A stretch of DNA of 64,000 bases from an uncultured Marinoscillum sp. (lineage in GTDB: Bacteria; Bacteroidota; Bacteroidia; Cytophagales; MED-G16): positions 6,717-70,716 of the forward strand of contig CAZKLB010000001.1 of NCBI GenBank assembly GCA_964553685.1, given 5' to 3'. A program made the translations under genes and the position numbers. Below the pieces are notes generated by a model. That model did not search any database, was not told the DNA's origin, and was given only the letters and a program-made list of their open reading frames with translations. This document shows positions 56,946 through 64,000 of the stretch, piece by piece (positions within the stretch are counted from its first letter, which is position 1; each line of letters opens with the position of its first letter).

Positions 56946-58010
56946 ATGAACATTGAAGAATTAAGAACAAAAATTGATAAAATTGACGCAAAAATTTTGA
57001 AGTTTCTTAACAACAGAATGGACTTTGTTCATGAAATTGGTCTAATCAAGAGTGCTGCCAAAGAAAGTGTTTATAGACCTGAAAGGGAAAAAGAAATTAT
57101 TGAGAGGCTTAACAGTCTGGGGAACGGAAAATTAAATAAAGAATCTATAAAGGCAATTTTTCAGGAAATATTTGCTGTAGCAAGAAACATTGAGCTTCCC
57201 GAACAGATATCATACCTAGGACCAGAGGGAAGTTTTACCCATCAAGCTGCAGAAAGTAATTTTGGTTCAACAAGCAAGTATCTTCCTTTAAATTCAATAA
57301 AATCTGTATTTAATTCTGTTCAATCTAACAAAGCAAAATATGGTATAATTCCTCTAGAAAACAATCAAGAGGGAATAGTACAAGAAACAATAGATTTACT
57401 GGGGCAGAGTACTCTTTCGATTATTGCTGAGCTTCCAATGTCTATTACATTTTCTTTTGCCACTAGGTCTAAAGAAGTAAACAAAATAAAAAGAATTTAC
57501 TCTAAGGATATAGCTTTTAAACAGTGTAAGGAATTTATAGAGAACTATTTCTCGGATGATGTTGATTGTATACCTGTTAACAGCACAAGTGCTGCAGTAA
57601 ATTATGCAGATAAACAAGCAGATTCTGCTGCTATATGCTCAAGGTTTGCAGCAGTGCAAAAAAATGTCCCTATTCTCTTTGATAAGATTGAAGACTCCAC
57701 TAATAATCACACTAGATTTGTTACATTATCTTCTGTAACAAATAAGATAAAGTCAAAAAGTGATAAAACTTCAATTCTTGTTAACCTTACAGATGGGCAT
57801 GGGGTTTTGGCAGAATTTCTTCAAGAATTTCATGACGCTAAAATTAATTTAACTAAGTTAGAAAGCAGACCCGCTAAACAAGGAACAGATTTCAAATATG
57901 TTTTTTATATTGATTTTCAAGGTCATTATTTAGATAATAACTTTCAAATTATTTACAAGAGATATAAAGATAACATTAAGCTTTTAGGTAGTTATCCTCG
58001 AATGATTTAG
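56946..58010 (+). CDS. pheA: bifunctional chorismate mutase / prephenate dehydratase
   Basis: 354 aa. CM_2 N-domain (LRTKIDKIDAKILKFLNNRM), PDT domain (ISYLGPEGSFTHQAA, NHTRFV) and a C-terminal ACT domain (ESRP). Confidence 0.9.
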   Translation: MNIEELRTKIDKIDAKILKFLNNRMDFVHEIGLIKSAAKESVYRPEREKEIIERLNSLGNGKLNKESIKAIFQEIFAVARNIELPEQISYLGPEGSFTHQAAESNFGSTSKYLPLNSIKSVFNSVQSNKAKYGIIPLENNQEGIVQETIDLLGQSTLSIIAELPMSITFSFATRSKEVNKIKRIYSKDIAFKQCKEFIENYFSDDVDCIPVNSTSAAVNYADKQADSAAICSRFAAVQKNVPILFDKIEDSTNNHTRFVTLSSVTNKIKSKSDKTSILVNLTDGHGVLAEFLQEFHDAKINLTKLESRPAKQGTDFKYVFYIDFQGHYLDNNFQIIYKRYKDNIKLLGSYPRMI

Positions 58011-59026
58011 TAATTATCAGGCAGCTCATATTTTTTCCATTTTTGAATTACTTGACTTATATCTTTTGGGAGACTAGAGTCAAAAAACATTTCCTTTTTT
58101 GTAGTAGGATGTTTAAATCCTAAGCTCTTAGCATGAAGTGCTTGCCTGTCAATTATCTTGAAACTATTTTCTACGAAGCGTTTATAATTTGAGAATCTGT
58201 TTCCTTTTAAGATTTGATTGCCACCATATGTTTTATCACAAAATATTGGATGACCAATATGTTTCATGTGTGCTCTAATTTGATGTGTTCTACCAGTTTC
58301 AAGTTCACATTCTATTAGCGATATATAATGAATATTTTCAATCACCTTGTAATGGGTAATAGCTTTTTTACCTAATGTGTTTTCTGGGAAACCCTCCATT
58401 ATTCTCCTGTCTTTAATAGATCTTCTAAGATTAACATTTATTGTCCCTTTTTCTTTTTCAGGTATTCCCCAAATTAGTGCTTGATAATTTCTTTTAATTG
58501 TATGATTATAAAATTGGGAGGCTAATGAGTTCATAGAATTTTTATTTTTTGCAATAACCATGAGTCCTGATGTTTCTTTATCGATTCTGTGAACTAATCC
58601 AGGCTTTCCAACATTTCCTTCCATCTCTGGTAGGTTTTTGAAGTGATAAACTAATGCGTTTACTAGTGTCCCTTCCCAATTATCATGTGCGGGATGAACA
58701 ACCATTCCCGGGGCTTTATTTATTATTATTATGTCATCATCTTCAAATACAATTTTAAGTTCAATTTTTTCTGGTTTAATTGTGTGATCCCTCTTTTCTT
58801 TTTCTAATAAAACAGTGACATTGTCTAGTGGTTTAACTTTATAGCTTGGTTTGATGGTGTTGTCATTTACTTTTACCATTTTATTTTTGATCCCATTTTG
58901 GATTCCAGATCGTGTTACATTTGGCATTCTATCATAAAGAAATTTATCTATTCTAACCGAAACCTGTTTTGGATCTACTTTAAATTCAAATTTTTCGAAG
59001 TTTTTATTTCTCATTTTTTTTTGCAA
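58007..59026 (-). CDS. rluD: 23S rRNA pseudouridine synthase, RluA/RluD family
   Basis: 339 aa. S4 domain (RIDKFL) and catalytic HRIDKETSGLMV. The start may be Met5 at 59014. Either start overlaps the mazG 3' end. Confidence 0.9.
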   Translation of the reverse strand: MQKKMRNKNFEKFEFKVDPKQVSVRIDKFLYDRMPNVTRSGIQNGIKNKMVKVNDNTIKPSYKVKPLDNVTVLLEKEKRDHTIKPEKIELKIVFEDDDIIIINKAPGMVVHPAHDNWEGTLVNALVYHFKNLPEMEGNVGKPGLVHRIDKETSGLMVIAKNKNSMNSLASQFYNHTIKRNYQALIWGIPEKEKGTINVNLRRSIKDRRIMEGFPENTLGKKAITHYKVIENIHYISLIECELETGRTHQIRAHMKHIGHPIFCDKTYGGNQILKGNRFSNYKRFVENSFKIIDRQALHAKSLGFKHPTTKKEMFFDSSLPKDISQVIQKWKKYELPDNY

Positions 59027-59780
59027 ATTCCCAATATTTATCCATTTCTTCTAAGTTCATTTCTTCTAAGTCTTTTTTCTCTTTATGAATTATGGCTTCC
59101 ATATTGCTAAACCTTTTAATGAATTTAATGTTTGTCATTTCAAGTGCCTCTTCAGGATCTATATTTAAAAATCTTGCAAAGTTTATAATAGAAAACAGAA
59201 CGTCACCAATCTCGCTTCGAATTTTATTTTTATTTGAATTTTTTGATATTTCTGTTTTCATTTCGTCAAGTTCTTCATATATTTTTTCAAGCACTTGATC
59301 TTTGTTTTCCCAATCAAAACCTACTGATCTCACTTTTTCTTGTATTCTGACAGCTTTCACTAATGAGGGAATTCCATTTGGTATATTATTGAGTGTTGCC
59401 TTGTTTTTTCTCTTTAATTTTTTGATTTTTTCCCAATTATTTATGACTTCTTTTGATGATTTTATTTCTTTATTAGCATAAATATGTGGGTGTCTCTCTT
59501 TGAGTTTTATAATAAGTTTCTTAGCGACAGTATTTATATCAAATTTGTTTTCTTCTTTCCCAATTTTACAATAAAAAAGTATGTGTAAAAGTAAATCTCC
59601 CAATTCTTCTTCTATATTATGATAATCTTCTTTAATTATTGCGTCCGATAATTCATAGACCTCTTCTATCGTCATTTGCCTCAAAGATTTTATTGTTTGT
59701 TCCTTGTCCCACGGACATTCATCTCTCAATCTATTAACAACCTCAATTAACTCTTTAATTAGTAATTTTTTACTTTTCAT
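59004..59780 (-). CDS. mazG: nucleoside triphosphate pyrophosphohydrolase MazG
   Basis: 258 aa with tandem MazG domains (CPWDKEQT, EEVYELSDAI, EELGDLLLH; second EIGDVLFS). Confidence 0.9.
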   Translation of the reverse strand: MKSKKLLIKELIEVVNRLRDECPWDKEQTIKSLRQMTIEEVYELSDAIIKEDYHNIEEELGDLLLHILFYCKIGKEENKFDINTVAKKLIIKLKERHPHIYANKEIKSSKEVINNWEKIKKLKRKNKATLNNIPNGIPSLVKAVRIQEKVRSVGFDWENKDQVLEKIYEELDEMKTEISKNSNKNKIRSEIGDVLFSIINFARFLNIDPEEALEMTNIKFIKRFSNMEAIIHKEKKDLEEMNLEEMDKYWEFAKKNEK

Positions 59781-59834
59781 TTATAAGGAATAAGAAAAAA
59801 TGATTATTTAAATAAAGATAAGAAACTGATTTTA

Positions 59835-59842
59835 TAACTTTG
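59835..59842 (+). promoter_or_regulatory. candidate Bacteroidota -7 promoter element (TAnnTTTG)
   Basis: TAACTTTG lies 5 nt upstream of the ATG at 59848, at the start of a plus-strand gene run after the divergent mazG. No canonical -33 seen. Confidence 0.25.
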
Positions 59843-59847
59843 TAAAT

Positions 59848-60042
59848 ATGACAGAAACAATACTTGCAATCGTACTTGTTGGATTTTTTTTCCTTGCATT
59901 ATCACTCAGAATTATATTTATAAAAGATGGTGAGTTTAAAGGCACCTGTGCCTCACAAAACCCCTTCTTAAATACTGAAGGAAAGGAATGTGGTTATTGT
60001 GGCAAAGTTGTCTCTCCAGGCTCAGACTGTAAGAAAGCTTAA
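59848..60042 (+). CDS. 64-aa single-TM, four-Cys membrane microprotein (NqrM/DUF539-like by architecture)
   Basis: MTETILAIVLVGFFFLALSLRIIF is a TM helix. It is followed by KDGEFKGTCASQNPFLNTEGKECGYCGKVVSPGSDCKKA with 4 Cys. Confidence 0.5.
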   Translation: MTETILAIVLVGFFFLALSLRIIFIKDGEFKGTCASQNPFLNTEGKECGYCGKVVSPGSDCKKA

Positions 60043-60043
60043 T

Positions 60044-61405
60044 ATGACTCTTATCAAATCCATTTCAGGAATAAGAGGTACTCTTGAAAATATTCCAGGC
60101 GAATCCCTCTCGGATTATGATGTTAAGCAATTTACCCTTGCTTATTCTCAAGAAGTTGTTTCTAAAGAAAGGACATCTCTCGTAGTTGTTGGAAGAGATG
60201 CTAGAAAATCTGGAAAAAAAATATCAGAACTTGTTATGAATACTTTAATTAATGAAGGTTTTGATGTCCTTGATGTAGGTTTGGTTACAACACCAACCCT
60301 AGGGATTTCTGTAAAGCATAATAGAGCAGCAGGTGGGATTATGATTTCAGCAAGTCATAATGATGAGAAGTGGAATGCGTTAAAACTCCTAAATAATCAT
60401 GGGGAATTTTTAACCCCAGACAAAGTAAATTCTGTAATTAAAGAAAAAGAAAGGTTTCCTAAACAAAATAGTCTAGGAAGAATTATCAAATATAACAATG
60501 CCCTAAATGATCATATCGAATTAATTATATCTCAAGGTTTTTTTAATCTTAAATTGTTGAAGAAAAAGAAACTTTCAATAGCTGTAGATGGAATAAATTC
60601 AGTTGGTGGTATTGCAATACCAGAGTTTTTAAGAAAAATTGGTGTAGAAAATATTAAAGAAATTAATTGTAAACCTAATGGTGAATTTGCTCATAACCCT
60701 GAGCCGTTGCCAGAAAATATTACTGAAATATGTGATGTCATAAAAAAAGGGCAATATGATCTTGGTTTAGTTGTTGATCCAGATGCCGATAGGTTATGTT
60801 TAGTTGACGAAAATGGAGAACCTTTTGGAGAAGAATATACTCTTATTGCTGCTGCGGATTTTATAATGAAAAAATATAAAAACCCAGTATCATGCTCAAA
60901 CCTATCTTCTTCTTTAGGCCTTAAGGTCCTTACTGAGAGATATTCTGGAAAATATTTTTCTTCACCAGTAGGTGAGATAAATGTTGTGGAGAAAATGAAA
61001 AGCGTTAATGCAATAATAGGAGGTGAAGGAAATGGTGGTGTAATTTATCCAAAGACTCACTATGGTAGAGACTCACTGGTTGGCGTAGCCATGATATTAT
61101 CATTAATGATTGAAAGTGACAAGACTCTTTCTGAAATTAAAAAATCACTTCCTGACTTTCATATTACCAAAAGTAAAATGACCTTTAATAAAGAAATGGA
61201 AAAAATTATTAATTATTGTAAGAATGAATATAATGATAGAGAAATAAATCTATCTGATGGGATAAGGATAGATTTTAATAATTCCTGGGTGCATATTAGA
61301 AAATCAAACACAGAGCCAGTTCTAAGGATAATTTCAGAGGCCAATTCAAAATACAAATCGGTCGAATTATCTAAAAAAATAATATCTAAATTACGTTTAT
61401 TATGA
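60044..61405 (+). CDS. glmM: phosphoglucosamine mutase (alpha-D-phosphohexomutase family)
   Basis: ATG at 60044 gives MTLIKSISGIRGT, the usual N-terminus. The active-site Ser loop is ISASHND. The track start at 59990 would add 18 aa overlapping the preceding ORF. Confidence 0.85.
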   Translation: MTLIKSISGIRGTLENIPGESLSDYDVKQFTLAYSQEVVSKERTSLVVVGRDARKSGKKISELVMNTLINEGFDVLDVGLVTTPTLGISVKHNRAAGGIMISASHNDEKWNALKLLNNHGEFLTPDKVNSVIKEKERFPKQNSLGRIIKYNNALNDHIELIISQGFFNLKLLKKKKLSIAVDGINSVGGIAIPEFLRKIGVENIKEINCKPNGEFAHNPEPLPENITEICDVIKKGQYDLGLVVDPDADRLCLVDENGEPFGEEYTLIAAADFIMKKYKNPVSCSNLSSSLGLKVLTERYSGKYFSSPVGEINVVEKMKSVNAIIGGEGNGGVIYPKTHYGRDSLVGVAMILSLMIESDKTLSEIKKSLPDFHITKSKMTFNKEMEKIINYCKNEYNDREINLSDGIRIDFNNSWVHIRKSNTEPVLRIISEANSKYKSVELSKKIISKLRLL

Positions 61406-62535
61406 ATGTTTATTTTGATAATGCGGCAACAACACCTCTTGATAAAAAAGTATTAGAAAAAATGCTCCCTTACATGGAGCAGGGATATGGAAATCCATCT
61501 TCAATTCATAAAAAGGGGAGGGAGATTAAGTCAGCTATAGAAAAGTCAAGAAGTAAAATTGCTGAATTATTGTCGTGCGAGCCTGGAGAGATTTTTTTTA
61601 CTTCTGGTGGTACAGAAGCGGATAATATGTTTCTAATTAATACTGTTATTGAAAAGAATATAGATACTTTAATAACAACAAAATTAGAACACCATGCAGT
61701 TTTACATTGTTGCGATTATTTGAGTAAAGTAAACAAGACGAAAATAAGGTTTGTTGAAACAAATGAAAAAGGTGATATTAATTATCAAGATTTTGAGGAT
61801 GCACTGAAGTCAAATAAAAGAAGCTTGGTCTCACTAATGCACGGAAATAATGAAATTGGAAATATTAATAACCTTAAAAAAATCTCTAAGATCTGCACAC
61901 AGCATAATGCTATCCTTCATTCAGATACAGTTCAAACAATCGGTCATTATAAAATTGATTTAAATGATATTAATATAGATGGAATTGTTGGTTCTGCTCA
62001 CAAGTTTCATGGCCCAAAGGGCGTTGGTTTTTTATATTTGAATAATAAACATAAAATATCTCCTTACATACATGGCGGTTCTCAAGAAAGAAATATGAGG
62101 GGAGGCACTGAAAATGTATACGGTATTATAGGGTTAGCTGAAGCCTTAAAAATATCTTGTGAAGAAATGGATGAACATAAAGAAAAAATTATATCTGTAA
62201 AAAGAAAAATGATAGAGCTTTTAAAAAATAAAATTGATGGTATAAAATTTAATGGTTTATCTGACAATCTTGAAAAAAGTCTTTATACTGTACTCAATGT
62301 TAGCATACCAGGTATTGACGATCAGCAAATGTTTTTGTTTAATCTTGACATGAACAATATTGCAGCTTCTGGCGGCAGTGCTTGTTCAAGCGGTTCCGAT
62401 ATAGGATCTCATGTTCTTGCTGAAATTAAAAAATATGATGGCCATTCATCAATAAGATTTTCTTTTAATAAATATAATTCAATAGAGGAGGTTGAATATG
62501 TTGTTGATAAAATTTTAGAAATTATAAAAATTTAA
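61402..62535 (+). CDS. cysteine desulfurase (NifS/IscS-type class V aminotransferase)
   Basis: 377 aa. YFDNAATTP N-terminus, PLP-Lys SAHKFHGPKG, and catalytic Cys loop ASGGSACSSG. ATGA overlap with glmM. Confidence 0.85.
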   Translation: MNVYFDNAATTPLDKKVLEKMLPYMEQGYGNPSSIHKKGREIKSAIEKSRSKIAELLSCEPGEIFFTSGGTEADNMFLINTVIEKNIDTLITTKLEHHAVLHCCDYLSKVNKTKIRFVETNEKGDINYQDFEDALKSNKRSLVSLMHGNNEIGNINNLKKISKICTQHNAILHSDTVQTIGHYKIDLNDINIDGIVGSAHKFHGPKGVGFLYLNNKHKISPYIHGGSQERNMRGGTENVYGIIGLAEALKISCEEMDEHKEKIISVKRKMIELLKNKIDGIKFNGLSDNLEKSLYTVLNVSIPGIDDQQMFLFNLDMNNIAASGGSACSSGSDIGSHVLAEIKKYDGHSSIRFSFNKYNSIEEVEYVVDKILEIIKI

Positions 62536-63110
62536 AATGGATGTGCTAGCCAAATAAAAAAACCATATATAAGGTATCTTATAAATCTGGCTAAAGAATA
62601 AAATAGATATTTTTTCCTATCAAATCCAATCGCACCGATTACAGCACATGTTGCAGAAAATGGTAAAGGTGTTATTGCTGCAACCACAATAACCAACCAA
62701 CCGAAAGAGTAGATTTTCCGTTCATATTTCCCAATTATATTTTTTTTCATTATTTCATATAGCCAGGTTCTGTGTAAATACTTTCCAAATAGAAATGCAA
62801 CAAATCCAGCTAAATATGATATTACTGAAAAAGCCATAACATATATTGGATAGATATCTATTGGCTTTGAAGTTATTGCCCATATCATAAATAATTCTGG
62901 AGGAATCACTCCAAGAATCACTTCAGATAGAAAAAAAAGAACAAAAACAAATGTCGTTGGTAAATCAAAACTAATCTGATCTTTTAGTGCTGAAAGATCA
63001 AGAAAGCTAAACAGTATCTTGTAAAAAACAATTGCAACAGCAAAAAAAAGTAAACCTTTAAAAAAGTTTTTTAAGAAAAAAAATAGTCTAACCTTATTTC
63101 TCCTTAACAT
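62532..63110 (-). CDS. YqaA/DedA-like (VTT domain) integral membrane protein
   Basis: 192 aa with about 5 TM segments. P-E-containing re-entrant-like segment VILGVIPPELFMIW. Confidence 0.5.
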   Translation of the reverse strand: MLRRNKVRLFFFLKNFFKGLLFFAVAIVFYKILFSFLDLSALKDQISFDLPTTFVFVLFFLSEVILGVIPPELFMIWAITSKPIDIYPIYVMAFSVISYLAGFVAFLFGKYLHRTWLYEIMKKNIIGKYERKIYSFGWLVIVVAAITPLPFSATCAVIGAIGFDRKKYLFYSLARFIRYLIYGFFIWLAHPF

Positions 63111-63157
63111 TTTGTTGGCGTTTTATTTATTGCGACATAATATAAACTAATTATATA

Positions 63158-63165
63158 TATTTTTG
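63158..63165 (+). promoter_or_regulatory. candidate Bacteroidota -7 promoter element (TAnnTTTG)
   Basis: TATTTTTG lies 4 nt upstream of the first lptB ATG (63170) and 16 nt upstream of the second in-frame ATG (63182). It sits in the divergent spacer with the 62532 gene. Confidence 0.25.
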
Positions 63166-63169
63166 TTAC

Positions 63170-63913
63170 ATGAACAAAAAAATGTCATTATCTGCAGATT
63201 CCATCTTAAAAGTTTATGGTTCAAAAAAAGTTGTGAATAATGTGTCTCTAGAGTTAAAGCAAGGTGAAATTGTTGGATTACTAGGTCCAAACGGTGCTGG
63301 TAAAACAACAACCTTCTATACAATAGTAGGACTTATAAGACCGGATAATGGAAACGTAAATTTAGGTGGAGAAGATATAACTAAATTACCAATGTATGAA
63401 AGAGCTAGGAAAGGCATTGGGTACTTGGCTCAGGAGGCTTCTGTTTTCAGAGATCTTAGCATTCAAGATAATATACTTGCCGTGTTAGAAAACCAAAATA
63501 TTTCAAACGAGGACAGACACAAAAAAGCAGATATTTTAATGAATGAATTTGGTCTAATTAGTATAAAAAATAATAAGGGAAAAGTTCTCTCTGGTGGAGA
63601 AAGAAGAAGAACAGAAATTGCTCGAGCTCTTGCTACCGAACCAAAATTTATTCTATTAGATGAGCCTTTTGCTGGAGTAGATCCAATTGCTGTAGAAGAA
63701 ATCCAAAACATAGTATATTCTTTAAAAAATAAAAATATTGGGATATTAATTACAGATCATAATGTTGATGAAACCTTATCCATCACGGATAGATCTTATT
63801 TGATGTTTGAAGGAAAGCTCCTAAAATCTGGCACGTCGGAGGAACTTGCTTCTGATAAGCAAGTAAGAAAGTTATACTTAGGTGAAAGGTTCGAGTTAAA
63901 AAGGAAAAGATAA
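63170..63913 (+). CDS. lptB: LPS export ABC transporter ATP-binding protein
   Basis: 247 aa. Walker A GPNGAGKTT, signature LSGGERRR, Walker B ILLDEPFAGVDP. Size and sequence are typical of LptB. The start may be Met5 at 63182. Confidence 0.9.
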   Translation: MNKKMSLSADSILKVYGSKKVVNNVSLELKQGEIVGLLGPNGAGKTTTFYTIVGLIRPDNGNVNLGGEDITKLPMYERARKGIGYLAQEASVFRDLSIQDNILAVLENQNISNEDRHKKADILMNEFGLISIKNNKGKVLSGGERRRTEIARALATEPKFILLDEPFAGVDPIAVEEIQNIVYSLKNKNIGILITDHNVDETLSITDRSYLMFEGKLLKSGTSEELASDKQVRKLYLGERFELKRKR

Positions 63914-63917
63914 TATC

Positions 63918-64000
63918 ATGGGTCTCCTAACCTCAGCCGGTAAGTTTATTCTGGGAAGAAGGTTAAGTTCAATTGACCATTTTTCAAAAAATCCTTTAAA
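63918..64000 (+). CDS. CDS start, truncated by the window end (possibly GH3-family protein)
   Basis: ATG at 63918 is open to the window edge: MGLLTSAGKFILGRRLSSIDHFSKNPL. It weakly resembles N-termini of flavobacterial GH3 auxin-responsive-promoter-family proteins as I recall them. Only 27 codons are visible. Confidence 0.3.
   Translation, partial: MGLLTSAGKFILGRRLSSIDHFSKNPL

Noticed and set aside
59990-60043. 18-codon N-terminal extension of glmM overlapping the four-Cys microprotein ORF
   Set aside because: The canonical phosphoglucosamine mutase N-terminus MTLIKSISGIRGT begins at the ATG at 60044, 1 nt after the upstream stop. The extension has no homology rationale.
1-64000. Search for tRNA, rRNA, tmRNA, RNase P RNA, riboswitches, integrases, transposases, toxin-antitoxin pairs and known defence systems
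   Set aside because: Non-coding gaps are nearly all under 120 bp and lack the G/C-rich helices of structured RNAs. No translation shows integrase (R..HxxR..Y), DDE transposase, nuclease-helicase defence or TA-family motifs. Composition looks uniform by eye, so I cannot support any island call.

Overview
AT-rich (about 30-33% G+C by eye), very tightly packed chromosomal core region, best explained as a Bacteroidota / Flavobacteriia genome. Support: gliding/T9SS-associated gldB, gldE-gldD and a gldJ-like gene, mutY-ssb-gldE-gldD-recG synteny, many lipobox and signal-peptide proteins, and TAnnTTTG-type -7 boxes. I support about 60 protein-coding genes, almost all housekeeping. They cover DNA repair and replication (uvrA, nth-like, mutY, ssb, recG, mfd, polA), translation and RNA (prfA, mnmG, ybeY, rbfA, rluD, rng), central metabolism (tpiA, rpiB, glyA, pheA, glmM), a beta-oxidation pair, envelope functions (tatC, lolE-like, lptB) and several exported zinc peptidases. 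I found no rRNA, tRNA, CRISPR array, transposase, integrase, prophage or recognisable defence gene, and no obvious compositional island. I do not see one clear-cut novel system. The things most worth a second look are: (1) an unlisted 29-codon hyperbasic ORF upstream of rng that looks like a bS22-type ribosomal microprotein; (2) an endonuclease III homolog that keeps its catalytic Lys/Asp but has lost all four Fe-S cysteines, while the neighbouring MutY keeps them; (3) a roughly 960-aa protein combining an intact HEXXH zincin module, a propeller-like middle and an outer-membrane barrel-like C-terminus, in a tight array with an exported amidase and a PLP enzyme; (4) a divergent hupE-M1 peptidase / small exported protein-metzincin cluster, whose small exported protein has a paralog elsewhere in the window that is translationally coupled to an M28 zinc peptidase; (5) a single-TM four-Cys microprotein (NqrM-like), two convergent mini-ORFs, an orphan RsbW-type kinase, and an ECF sigma factor with a minimal soluble partner. 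All family names come from motifs I read in the translations and from memory. No database search was run.
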